Assembly (NCBI GenBank): GCA_963836075.1
Contig: CAWIIB010000009.1
Span: 1,024,001-1,088,000, forward strand
Reading direction: 5' to 3'
Source of the DNA: an uncultured Acidobacteriota bacterium
GTDB lineage: Bacteria; Acidobacteriota; JAQAZP01
Length of the DNA: 64,000 bases
The notes under the pieces are model-generated. The model was not told the origin of the DNA, did no database searches, and saw only the letters and a program-made list of their open reading frames with translations. The position numbers were made by a program, and so were the translations under genes. Of this stretch, positions 32,870 to 50,642 are shown in pieces (position 1 is the stretch's first letter; every line of letters begins with the position of its first letter).

Positions 32870-34753
32870 TTACTGTCCCAACCCGGTCTCTGTCGGCGGC
32901 AGGTGGCCGGCCTCGAGAAAGGCCGGCAGCCCCATCAGCACGCCCCAGGAGTGGAAGCGGTCGCTGGAGAGCCGCGGGTCGTCGCCCCGGCCGCTGATCG
33001 AGGAGTAGTTTTCGCTGACATAGCCCATGCGCCGCCACTCGTCCATGAACAGCGCCAGTGACTTTTCCGCCAGCTGTTTCTGCACCTCATCCATCCCGGC
33101 CTCCCGCAGCCCGAGATAGACCAGGAAGTTCAGCGGCGGCCAGATGGCGCCCTTCCAGTAGCGCTGCTTCTGGAAAGAGGGGTCGCTGCGGGCGATGGAG
33201 GGGATCACGTAGTCGCCCCAGAACTCGGCCGGGTTGAGCAGGTGGTCCTGCACCATGCGTCGTGCCCGCTTGTCATCCGGCACGCCGGCCAGCAGGGGGT
33301 AGAAGAGGGTGGGGGACAGACGGTTCGAGAACTCGCCGTTGTCACTCCGCCGGTTGAGGTAGAGGCCGGTCTCCTCGTCCCACAGCCGTTCCATTGCCGT
33401 TGAAAATCGATTGGCTCTTTCGGTCAGTTCTCGCTGTTCGTCCGTGCGGCCGAGGATGGCCGCCATCTCGGCCAGGGCCCGGCAGTCGGCGATGTGCAGG
33501 CTGGTCAGACCCACGTCCTGCAGCAGGAGGATGCCCCGCTCCTTGTCAAAGGGCACGCCCTCGTACATCGGCGAGTCGTCCATCCCCGACTCCCAGCGGG
33601 CGGCCACTTCACTGTTGGCGTAGGGTTCGCCGCAGGGGTTCGCTGTCTGGTGCGAGCCGTAGCTGAGCAGGCCGTCGTTCAGACGCCGCTCGCTGTACCA
33701 GCGGTTCCAGCGCAGCAGCGGCGGGAAAACCGTCTCCAGGAACCAGCGCTCGGGCCAGCGGCGATAGAGCTCGCGCACCATGATTCCGCCCACCGGCGGC
33801 TGGGAGCGGTCCCAGGACTTGCAGCCGTTGCCCCGGTTGTCGTTGGGGATGAAGCCCTCGTCGGTGATGCCCCGCAGATGCTCCACGGCATTGGCCAGGG
33901 CCAGGTCGCGGCCGAAGAGCGAGCAGCCGTAGGCGAGGAAGAAGTTGTCCCAGCCAAAGAGGCAGTAGCCGCCGTACTCCTCGTTCCACAGCCGGCCCAC
34001 GGTGGAGACCACCCGCTGGTGCTTTGGCTCGTAGATGGTGTTCCAGGCCAGGCCGGACTTGATGGCCAGCCAGGCCTGGGCCAGCTCGCCGAAGGCCTCG
34101 GCTTCTTTTTGCAGGGCGGCCTGCTGCTTCCCGACAATAGCTGTGATTTCCTGCACCGTGCGCGCTCGTCCGGTGGAGATGCCCAGCGGGCCGTCCAGGC
34201 GGTGGACCAGGTAGGGCGTCGGGGCGTCGATGTACGGGTCGGGGGCGTGGGTTCCGGTGGTGAAGATCGTGATCTCGCGCTCGGGGAGCTTTGCCTGAAG
34301 CGTGCCCTCAGCAAGGCTGATCTGTCCTGGCCGGTTCCAGAGCATGGCCGACTGGACGACGAGGTCCACCGGTTTCTCCGGCGTCTCCAGCGGGGTGACC
34401 AGCACCACCAGGTCGATCCCCTCGCGGGCCGTCTCCACCCGGGCGGCCAGATGCTGCCAGCGGATCTCCAGCGAGCTGTAGCGCCCGTCCAGGGCGTGCA
34501 GGCCGGGGATGATCTCTTCCGCGCCCTCGTCCCGCCGGCCGATCAGCGCTTCCCGCAGGTAGCGCTCGTCGATCCAGTCCCGCTGCTTGAAGGAGAGGTT
34601 TACTGCCAGCCCCTCGGGGAGCAGGACCTGGGAGAGGACGCTGCGGGTGTTCCAGTGGTTCCAGCCGCTGGCCAGCCGGGCCTGGATGGCGCTGTACTCG
34701 TCCTGCTCTTGCTCTGCGGCCCAGCCGGTGGCGGGGGCGAGCAGCAGGAACAA
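32870..34753 (-). CDS. GH63/MGH1-like (alpha/alpha)6 glycoside hydrolase, probably secreted; true start may be ATG 34834 with a frameshifted signal peptide
   Basis: FGWD, RSQPP, ESGMDDSP (acid Asp), YWKGAIW, ENY (base Glu); residual signal peptide LLLAPATGWA. Confidence 0.8.
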   Translation of the reverse strand: MFLLLAPATGWAAEQEQDEYSAIQARLASGWNHWNTRSVLSQVLLPEGLAVNLSFKQRDWIDERYLREALIGRRDEGAEEIIPGLHALDGRYSSLEIRWQHLAARVETAREGIDLVVLVTPLETPEKPVDLVVQSAMLWNRPGQISLAEGTLQAKLPEREITIFTTGTHAPDPYIDAPTPYLVHRLDGPLGISTGRARTVQEITAIVGKQQAALQKEAEAFGELAQAWLAIKSGLAWNTIYEPKHQRVVSTVGRLWNEEYGGYCLFGWDNFFLAYGCSLFGRDLALANAVEHLRGITDEGFIPNDNRGNGCKSWDRSQPPVGGIMVRELYRRWPERWFLETVFPPLLRWNRWYSERRLNDGLLSYGSHQTANPCGEPYANSEVAARWESGMDDSPMYEGVPFDKERGILLLQDVGLTSLHIADCRALAEMAAILGRTDEQRELTERANRFSTAMERLWDEETGLYLNRRSDNGEFSNRLSPTLFYPLLAGVPDDKRARRMVQDHLLNPAEFWGDYVIPSIARSDPSFQKQRYWKGAIWPPLNFLVYLGLREAGMDEVQKQLAEKSLALFMDEWRRMGYVSENYSSISGRGDDPRLSSDRFHSWGVLMGLPAFLEAGHLPPTETGLGQ

Positions 34754-34759
34754 AAATCA

Positions 34760-37888
<3,129 letters not shown>

Positions 37889-37892
<4 letters not shown>

Positions 37893-39052
37893 TCGATCTC
37901 CCTGGCGCCGTCACCGGTGTCGGCCGGATGAAATTCGGCGGTGCGGCCGGTGGCCCTGTGGTAGATTTCTCCGGCCCGGGCAATGAACTCTTCTGCCGCA
38001 TCCTCCCGGACCAGGGTCAGGGTGCAGCCGCCGAAACCGCCGCCCATCATCCGGGCGCCGAGCACGCCCGCCGATCCCCGGGCCGCCTCCACCAGACAGT
38101 CCAGCTCGGGACAGGAGACCTGGTAGTCGTTGCACAGCGAGTCGTGGGAGGCGTTGATCAGCGCGCCGAATGCCTCCAGATCTCCCCCCATCAGCGCCTG
38201 CACCGCCTGCATCACCCGGCCGTTCTCGCTCACCACATGCCGCGCCCGCCGGCGCAGGGTCTCGGTTGGGATGCGGTGAATGTTTCGCTCCAGCCGCCCG
38301 GGGGTCAGCCGGGAGAGGCTGGGGGCCTCCAGCACGCCGAGCAGGCTCAACTCGACCTCCCGGCACTCCTCCACCCGTTCATTGTAGCCGGACCCGGCCA
38401 GTTCCCGCGGTTTCCTGGTATCGGCGATGACCAGCCGGTGGCCGTCGAGGGGCAGCGGCACCTGCCGGTGCTGCAGGGTGGAGCAGTTGAGCAGCAGGGC
38501 GCACCCCTTGCGGCCCATGCCGGAGACGAACTGGTCCATGATCCCGCATTCGAGGCCGACGAACGCGTTCTCCGCTGCCCGGGCCATGCGCACCAGTTCT
38601 TCCATCTCCAGGTTGGCGCAGGCCAGACTGTTCAGGGCCACCCCCGTGGCCAGCTCGAGGGAGGCCGAGGAGGAGAGCCCGGCTTCCCGCGGCAGGTCGC
38701 CGGAGAAGAGCAGTTCAACGCCGGGGAGACTGCTGCCGCGGCGCAGGAACTGGTCCGCCACGCCCAGCGGGTAGTTGACCCAGTTCTTTCCCTGCGGCGC
38801 CAGCGGCCGGTCCAGGGGGACGGTGCAGTTGAAGGGATCGTCCACCGAGGCCAGGGCCAGGTGGTTCGCCGTGGTCCGGCGCGCGGCGGCCAGGGTGCCG
38901 AGCTGTATCGCGCAGGGCAGCACCAGCCCGCCGGTGTAATCGGTGTGGCCGCCGATGAGGTTGATCCGGCCCGGGGCAAAGAAGAAACGCAGCGGTTCCC
39001 GGCTTTCGCCGTAGAGCTGGATGAACTGTGCCTGCAGGGTTGCGGTGTCCAC
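37889..39052 (-). CDS. galK: Galactokinase (GHMP kinase)
   Basis: APGRINLIGGHTDY, GLSSSAS, CGIMDQ, GARMMGGGFGG; GTG start with AGGAG RBS. Confidence 0.88.
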
Positions 39053-39054
39053 GG

Positions 39055-42369
<3,315 letters not shown>

Positions 42370-42470
42370 GTGGTGGTCCTCCTGCTGCTGACGGATCTGG
42401 TTGCCCCTACTATACTCTGCCCGGGCCGCCAACCGCGAACCAGAATCGCGAACCCCGAGGAGCCTTTGAC

Positions 42471-44013
42471 GTGGAACTGAACATCCTCGATTACGGCGCC
42501 TTTGTCCTCTTCATCGCCGTGGTGGTGGCGGTCTCGCTCTACGCCTCGCGCAAGGAGGAGAGCTCCACCGACTACTTCCTCGCCGGGCGCGGCCTCTCCT
42601 GGTGGCTCATCGGATTCTCGCTCATCGCCTCCAACATCTCCACCGAGCACTTTGTCGGGATGAGCGGCAGCGGCTTCGGCGCCATGGGGCTGGCCGTGGC
42701 CAGCTACGAGTGGATCGCCGCGGTGACCCTGGTGGCGGTGGCCCTGGTGATGCTGCCGCTCTACCTGCGCCTGGGCATCCACACCATGCCCGAGTTCCTC
42801 GAGCACCGTTACGGCAGCAGCCCCGCGGGCGCTGATGGCCGTGTTCATGCTGATCATGTACGTGGCGGTGGCCCTGGCCTCGATCCTCTACTCCGGCGGG
42901 CTGGTGATCGAGACCATCTTCGGTCTGCCCATGGTCTACGGCGTCTGGATCATCGGTGCACTGGCCGCGGCCTACACCATCTACGGCGGTCTCAAGGCGG
43001 TGGTCTGGTCCGACCTGCTCCAGGGTGCGGCCCTGCTGCTCGGCGGTCTGCTGGTGATGGTGCTGGGCTTCAAGGCGGTGGGCGGGGTGGGCCCGTTCTT
43101 TGCCGCCAACGGCGACAAGCTGCACATGATCCTGCCGGCCAGCGACCTGGACATCCCCTGGACAGCCCTGCTGCTGGGGATCTGGATCCCCAACTTCTTC
43201 TACTGGGGCTGCAACCAGTTCATCACCCAGCGGACCCTCGGCGCCAAAAGCCTGCGCCACGGCCAGAACGGCATCATCTTCGCCGCGCTGATCAAGCTGG
43301 TGATCCCCTTCATCATCGTGCTGCCCGGCATCATGGCCTTCCAGCTGGCCGCCTCGGGACAGCTGCAGATCGGCGCCGCCGACACCGCCTACCCGGCGCT
43401 GATCAAGGAGCTGCTGCCCGTGGGCCTCCGCGGGCTGATGCTGGCCGCTCTTTTCGGGGCGGTGATGAGCAGTCTCGACTCGATGCTCAACTCGGCCTCG
43501 GCCATCTTCACCATGGACCTCTACAAGCGGCACCTCAGGCCCGCGGCCGGCTCCCGCCGGCTGGTGCTGGTGGGCCGGGCCATGACCGGGGTCTTTGTCC
43601 TTTTCGGCTGCCTCATCGCCCCGGGCCTGGCCAACCCGGCCTTCAAGGGGATCTTCAACTACATCCAGATGTTCCAGGGCTTCATCTCGCCGGGCATCGT
43701 CACCGTCTTCCTCTTCGGCCTGGTCGTGCGCCGGGCGCCCACGGCGGCGGCGGTGACCGCCATGCTGCTCAACATCCCGATTTACGGACTGCTGCTCTGG
43801 CTGCTGCCCCAGGTGGCCTTCCTCAACCACATGGCCATCACCTTCGTCAGCCTGGTGGCGGTGATGACCGTGATCACTGTCGTCCGCCCGCTTCCCGCGC
43901 CGGTGCGCTTCAAGGTCCAGTCGGGCCTCGACCTCACCCCCAGCCCCTTTGCCCGCTGGGGCGGCATGGCGGTTATCGGCCTCACCGTGCTGCTCTATGT
44001 AGTGTTTTGGTAA
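42471..44013 (+). CDS. Sodium:solute symporter, SGLT-like sugar type; one frameshift near 42825
   Basis: DYFLAGR, SLIASNISTEHFVG, TMPEFLE, GGLKAVVWSD, YWGCNQFITQR, MSSLDS. Confidence 0.9.
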
Positions 44014-44107
44014 GACTGGAAAATTACGAAAAAAGGTCTTGACGAGGCGGTCTGCGCTGCCTATTTATATACGACAAGGAGTAGCTGACCACCGGCACCA
44101 GGTTCAG

Positions 44108-44172
44108 CCTCGGTCCCGGGGTCACCGAGGCCCGATGTTTTTCCGGGCCTCGCGCCTTGTACGGCCTTTTTC
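44108..44172. terminator. Hairpins between convergent genes
   Basis: CGAGGCCCG (44126-44134) pairs with CGGGCCTCG (44144-44152); overlapping CCTCGGT/ACCGAGG stem. Confidence 0.5.
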
Positions 44173-44220
44173 TTATGTCATCGCGAGGAGTCGGCGTAGC
44201 CGACGACTGTCACCTTCCAC

Positions 44221-46923
44221 TCAGAACGTCAGCTTACCTCCAAACACGAAGTAGCCGGCCTGCATCCAGTCGTTGGCGCGGCCGTGGTAATACTCGGTTT
44301 CCGAGCGGCCGATTACATCCTGGTTGTTGGTCAGGTTGAAGGCGTCGGCGGTGAGGGAGAGCGTGGTGGGGCCGATCTCGAAGTCCTTCCTCAGCCGGAG
44401 GTCGAGCCACCAGGCGCTGCCTATGCGGTACGAGCCGCGTGGCTCGAGATAGTACTGATTGGTGTATCCAAAATTCCTCGCCTCGTAGGGCAGGTTGGGG
44501 TCGATCAGACTGTAGGGCCGGCCGCTGCGCCAGTTGAGGCTTGCCCCGACGATGAAGCCCCAGGGAAGGTGGTACGATCCGTTGATCTTGACATACTGCT
44601 TGTCATCCCAGGGAAGGGAGCCGTAGCGGTTGTATTTCATCTCCGCGAAATCGGCATAGATATCGCTGCCCTCGGGGTATGAGTCGTAGACCACCGATCC
44701 CTTGGCCTGGGACAAGGTGCAGACAGCGAGGAACTGGTAGTTGTTGGAGAGCCGTTTCCTGCAGCTCAGCTCGAGGCCCCGGTACTGGCGCCGCGCCGAC
44801 TCCACGTTGGTGAAGTAGTAGAGATACTGGTCTTCAGACCCCTCCCGGATGCCGTCCTCGTTGGCCAGCACATCCTCGATCATATTGTTCTGCTTGTTGT
44901 AGATGAAACGGGCGCCGGCGACGAAGTCGTTGAGGAATACAAGCTCATAGCCGAGGATGTACTCGTCCTTCACGTTCGGCTTGAGGTTTTCGTCCACCGT
45001 GGTGGGGTTCTCGTACCCCTCGGTGTGATTGACTTCTTCCCAGTCACCGGTTTCGTAGTTGCCTTCCTAACGCCAGGTCTCCTCGAATTGACGGTTGAGC
45101 TGCGAAGCGAGCGCCAGGCCCACGGCGTCGTAGTAACGGCCGTAGTGGGCGAAGAGCCGTGAACGGCCGTCACCGATGACGTCCCAGGCGGCACCGAGGC
45201 GGGGCGCCAGCATGTTGTCAAAGCTGTAGACCGGTTCGCCCACATCGTTCTTCTGCTCTTGTTCTTCCCACCGCAGGCCGAGGTTGAAGGTCCAGTCATC
45301 CTCCAGGTCCAGCTGTCCTGGACGAAGAGTGTGAGGATCTTGCCCGTGTCGAGATAATTGACGTCGGACGCTTCGACCCACTGGTCCGGGCGTTCGTTCC
45401 CGGCCGCGTCCCGGGGGCGGTTGATCGTGTAGGCATCGGGATAGATCAGGTCGGTCTGGTACTCCAGGTCCTGATATTCCGCGCCGAACTTGAAATTGTG
45501 TTCGCCGGCCCAATCGCCAACGTAGTAGTTGAATGCCGCCTCGTATTGCATGCGCGGCCGTTTGACGTCGGTGATCGAGCTAACGTTTCCGTAGATGATG
45601 GTGCCGGCGCCATACTGCTGGTCGACGAACCGGGGGTCGTAGAACCCGGCATTGGCCGGGCCCACGGTGTGCGTGGCCTCGTGCCGGCCCATCCGGGCCT
45701 CGAGAAAGAGATTGGGGCTGAAGATGCTGGTCCACTGCAATTGCCACAGCGTTCCGCCGTTCTCCTGCTGGCCGTAGGCCGAAGGCTGGAGGGACTCGCT
45801 CATCGCGTCCCGGCTGTCCCAGACGGCGGAGGTTGCGGCATACTGGGCCCGCAGCTTGTTGTCGGGGTTGACCTGCCAGGTCAGGTTGGCCAGCCCCTCG
45901 TCGAACTCCTCCTCCCGCTCGATGACCTCGTCATCGTAATTGATGCCCTCGATGGTGCGGGTGAACCGGTTGTAGGTGGCGAAGAACCAGAGGCGGTCTC
46001 GGACTACCCGCCCGCCGAGCGAGGCCCCCCACTCCAGTTCGTCGAACTCCTCCTCCTCGTATGCGTGATCTTCGTCGGTGTCCCGCTTGAGGCCCTTGTC
46101 GGTGTAGTAGACCGGCAGCGAGCCGTGGAGCTTGTTGCCGCCCGAACGGGTCACCACGTTCACCACTCCACCGGTGGCCCGGCCATATTCCGCCGGCATT
46201 CCGCCGGTGAGCACTTCCACCGACTGGATGGCTTCCCAGGGGACGGCCATGCCGCTGCGGCCGGTGGCCACGTCGGTGGTTTCCAGACCGTCGAGCAGGT
46301 AGACGTTGTCGGTGCTGTCCGCGCCGTGTACATGGAAAAAGGTGTACTCACTGTTGTTATGGCCGAAATTGTCATCTTCACGGTGAAACGGTTCTTCCAG
46401 GCCGGCCACCCCGGCCACCATCGAGACGGCGTCCAGATAACTGCGCCCGTTGGGGATGTCTTCGAGGAACTCCGAGGGTAATTTCTCCATGATGGCCGAT
46501 GATCCCGCATCGAGCAGTTCACGGTCCCGTTTCTTGCTCACATAATTCGGGGGACTTGAGCGGCACGACCATCTCGGTCAAACCCTCCTCCGTCACGGTA
46601 AATTCGGGAAATATCATCCCCTCATATCCTTCCCGGGCGGCCACAATACGGTAGTCATCAGCCGGCGGCAGGTCGCTGATCCGGAAATTTCCGTTTTCAT
46701 CGGCGGTCACCGTCTTCTCCACGCCCAGAGATTCACTGGTCACCGTCACCTCGATTCCGGGCAGCGGGAAATCACCGCCCAGAATTCTGACAGTACCTTC
46801 GATGAATCCCGGGTTTTCTCCGGCGGCGACTGGAGTTGATGCGCAGAGAAACAGCGGGATCAATATGAGCAGACCGGCCACAGGAATCATGTTTCCGCGC
46901 AGCATTCTGGACCTCCACATCAT
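44221..46923 (-). CDS. TonB-dependent receptor (Oar-like) with carboxypeptidase-regulatory N-domain; frameshifts near 46530, 45305 and 45000-45070
   Basis: GFIEGTV...LPG..VTV, PAEYGRATGGVVNVVTRSGGN plug, NLGLRWE, APRLG.AWD, FNLTN, C-terminal KLTF. Confidence 0.85.
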
Positions 46924-46996
46924 GAATAAGGGAAAAATTATTGACGTTGGGCAAATTTACCACTCCGCCTTGAGAATTACAAACTTGTGGATCCTG

Positions 46997-49384
46997 TCAG
47001 AACGTCAGCTTCCCCCCCAGCACGAAATACCCTGCCCTCATCCAGCTGTCGGCCATCGCCCCAGTGGTCCCCGTCGATCTCGTAGCGGCCGGTGACCTGC
47101 TGGTTGTTGGTCAGGTTGAAGGCGTCGGCGGTGAGGGAGAGGACGGTGGGGCCGATCTCGAAGTCCTTGCGCAGCCGCAGGTCGATCCACCAGGCGCTGC
47201 CCAGGCGGTGCGACCCGCGCTGCTCGAGATAGTATTGTCGCATTGTAGCCGCTGGAAATTGTCCGCTCCTTCCGGGAGGGACGACCTGAAGGATCTGGTT
47301 GTAGGGCCGGCCGCTGCGCCAGTTGAGACTGCCCCCGACGATGAATCCCAGGGGCAGGTGATACGAGCCGTTGAACTTGAGATAGTGCTGGTCGTCCCAG
47401 GGCAGTTCGCCGTGGCGGTTGTATTTGGTTTCGGCAAAGTCGGCGTATTCGCTCCACCCCACGGAAGATGTGTCGTAGACCACAGACCCCTTTGATTCGG
47501 AGAGGGTGTAGACGACGAGGAACTGGTAGTTGTTCGACAGCCGTTTTTTCAGGCTCAGTTCCAGGCCGCGATACGACCGCCTCGCCTGGTTCCACGTTGG
47601 TGAGGTAGTAGATGGCGGTCGCTCTCGGCGCCCTGCCGGATCTCATCCTCGTTGGCCATCACGTCTTCGATCATGTTGCTCTGGCGGTTGTAGATCGCCC
47701 GGGCGGCGGCGGCGAAATCGGTGGCAAACTCGAACTCGTAGCCCAGAATGATCTCGTCCTTGCAGTTGGGGTCGAGATCGCCGTCCACCTGGTTCGGGTT
47801 TTCAGGGGAATAGGTCATGTCATACATAGTCCAGTCGTCGGTCTCGTAGTCACCTTCGTAAAATGCGGTCTCTACCTGCTGGCGATGGAGGTAGGTGGCG
47901 AGCTGCAGGCCCACCGCCTGGTAGTAGCGGCCGTAGTGGGCGAAGAGCCGTGAGCGGCCGTCACCCCGGACATCCCAGGCCACACCGAGACGGGGCGAGA
48001 TCAGGTTGTCGAACGAGTAGACCTGTTCACCCACATCGTTCTTCTGCTCCTGCTTCTCCCAGCGCAGACCGAGGTTGAAGGTCCAGTCATCTTGCACCGT
48101 CCAGGCGTCCTGGGCGAAGAGGGTGAGGATCGACCCTTTGTCGAGAAAGGTGGTCTCGCTTCTCGGAATCCAATGGTCCGGCTGGTCGTAGGGCCGGTTG
48201 ATGGTGTAGGTATCGGGGATGATGTGCTGCTCGTCGTATTCCAGGTTCTGGTATTCGGCGCCGAACTTGAAGTTGTGATCGCCGGCCCGGTCGCCAACAT
48301 ACCAGTCGAGGGTGGCCTGGTACTGGGTCCGCGGAAGATCGAGGTCGTAGATCGAGCCGATGTTTCCGGTAACGACACGACCGGCTCCATTCATCTCGTC
48401 GATGATCCTCGGGTCTCCGTAGCCGCCGTATTTCGGGCCGATGGAGAGGTTGCTGTCGTGGCTGGCCACCCGGGCTTCGATAAAGAGGTCTGGCGTGATG
48501 ATGCCGTTCCACTCCAGCTTCCACAGCCGGTCGCCGGCTTCCAGGAGTGCCGGCACATCGCCCAACGATGAGAATAAATCCCGCTCCGCGGGTGAGTCCG
48601 CATACTGGCCCCGCAGTTTGTGATCTTCGTTCACCTGCCAGGTCAGTTTGAGCAGCCCCTCCTGGAAGAGATCGTCGCGCTCAACGGGTTCGTAATCGGG
48701 GCTGACCCCCTTGATGGTGTGGGTCAGCTTGTTGTAGGCGGCAAAGAACCAGAGGTGGTCCCGGACCACCGGGCCGCCCAGCGAGGCGCCCCATTCCAGG
48801 TCACGGAAATCGTTCCCGACCATGGCGTCGCGGCCCGGTTTCTGACTCCCGGCGAGATTGTCATCGGTATAGTGGATGGGGAGTGAACCGTGAAACTCGT
48901 TGCCCCCCGAGCGGGTCACCACGTTGACCACGCCGCCGGTGGCCCGGCCATACTCGGCGGGCAGGCCGCCGGTGAGCACTTCCACCGATTTGATGGCCTC
49001 CCAGGGCACGATCATGCCGGTGCGGCCGGAGGCAACGTTGGTGGTCTCCACGCCGTCAACGAAAAAGATGTTGTCGGTGCTGTCGCCGCCGTGGACATGG
49101 AAATACGTGTCCACGGCTGGACCGTCCTGGAGGACGCTGTCATAGCCGATGGAAGCTGCCTCCACTCCGGCCACTCCGGCCACCAGGGAGACCGCATCGA
49201 GGTAGATGCGGCCGTTGGGGATTTCCTCGAGAAACTCCGTCGTGATCTCCTCGCCGATGGTGGAGCTCTTGACGTCCACCAGTTCGTCATCATCCCCTGC
49301 AGCCGGAATTGCAGGCAAAAGTAGAAGCAGTATAACCAGGAGGATGAGCAGACGGACACGCGGGAACCGGGTACTTCTGTTCAT
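46997..49384 (-). CDS. TonB-dependent receptor paralog lacking the N-terminal extension; frameshifts near 47600 and 47050
   Basis: Same plug and barrel motifs, C-terminal GGKLTF; co-linear with 44221..46541. Confidence 0.85.
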
Positions 49385-49401
49385 GATGGCGACCTCCAGT
49401 C

Positions 49402-49540
49402 GAAGCGGTCCAAAACCTCAACTGAGACCCGATAGCTTCGTTAACGGCGTTCTCGAGCTGCTCGCATACCACAAGAGTATGCCCGCTCTCGTTTGCCGTT
49501 GCCTTGCTCTCGGACCACATTTGAGGTTTTGGACCGCTTC
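49402..49540. repeat. 139-bp palindromic element with perfect 20-bp terminal inverted repeats (MITE/REP-like)
   Basis: GAAGCGGTCCAAAACCTCAA (49402-49421) and TTGAGGTTTTGGACCGCTTC (49521-49540); internal AACGGC/GCCGTT and GCATAC/GTATGC stems. Confidence 0.8.
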
Positions 49541-49694
49541 ATTAGGGATGGTTGAGAGAAATTATTATTGTTTTGGATAAATGATACCGTACGGCGAGGA
49601 TCATTTCCGGATTACCCTTGCTTGAGCATTGCAGGTCCTTTGGCTACACTGGTTTTCCGTTGAACGTGCGATTGCGATCCCCGCTGTGGGAGAA

Positions 49695-50642
49695 ATGTCC
49701 ATGAAATCATCCGGCAGGGCGGCCGAGCCGTCCGGGACAGTGTTCAATATCCAGCGCTTCTCCACCAAGGACGGTCCGGGTCTGCGCACCACCGTCTTTC
49801 TCAAGGGCTGCCCGCTGGCCTGTTCCTGGTGTCACAATCCGGAGAGCCGTGATGCTGCCCCCCAGCTGGCCCACCGGAAGGAGCGCTGCATCCTCTGCGG
49901 CGAGTGCGCCGAGGCCTGCCCCCGGGGGGCGGTGAGCCTCTCCTCGGGCCGGCTGGTCAAGGTCACCGAACTCTGCGAGCAGTGCATGACCTGTGTGGAG
50001 GCCTGCGGCGCCGATGCCTGGACCGCCTTCGGCACGGAGATGACCGCCGGCGAGGTGCTGCGGGAAGTGAGCCGCGACGCCCCGTTCTATGAGGAGTCGG
50101 GGGGCGGGGTGACATTTTCCGGCGGCGAGCCGCTGCTGCAGCCCCGGTTTCTGGCATCCCTCCTCGCCGCGTCGAAGCTGGCCGGTCTGCATACCGCGGT
50201 GGACACCTGCGGGGCGGCCGACTGGGACATCTTCCAGCGGATCCTGCCGCTGACCGACCTCTTTCTCTACGACCTGAAGGTGATGGACGACGGGCGGCAC
50301 CGCGAGGAGGTGGGGGCAACCAACCGGCTGATCCTCGACAACCTCCAGCGGCTCTCCCGGGAGGGGGCCGAGCTGCTGGTCCGCCTGCCGGTGGTCCCCG
50401 GGATCACCGACGACGATGAGAACGTGGCCCGCTGGGGGGCCTTTGTTGCCGGGCTGCACCGGATGCCCCGGGTGCAGCTGCTTCCCTACCACCGCACCGG
50501 TGAGGCAAAATACAGTCTGCTGGGGATGGACACCGGGGAACGGCCGGTGATCGACACGCCGGCCAGGGAGCGGCTGGAGGAGATCGCCGGGGCCCTGGGC
50601 ACTTTCGGCCTTGATGCCGTCATCGGAGCGCAGTGGAGATGA
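49695..50642 (+). CDS. Glycyl-radical enzyme activating protein (radical SAM with ferredoxin insert)
   Basis: DGPGLRTTVFLKGCPLACSWCHNPE; two CxxCxxCxxxC motifs; GVTFSGGEP; LLPYH; ATGA overlap with hypD. Confidence 0.93.
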   Translation: MSMKSSGRAAEPSGTVFNIQRFSTKDGPGLRTTVFLKGCPLACSWCHNPESRDAAPQLAHRKERCILCGECAEACPRGAVSLSSGRLVKVTELCEQCMTCVEACGADAWTAFGTEMTAGEVLREVSRDAPFYEESGGGVTFSGGEPLLQPRFLASLLAASKLAGLHTAVDTCGAADWDIFQRILPLTDLFLYDLKVMDDGRHREEVGATNRLILDNLQRLSREGAELLVRLPVVPGITDDDENVARWGAFVAGLHRMPRVQLLPYHRTGEAKYSLLGMDTGERPVIDTPARERLEEIAGALGTFGLDAVIGAQWR

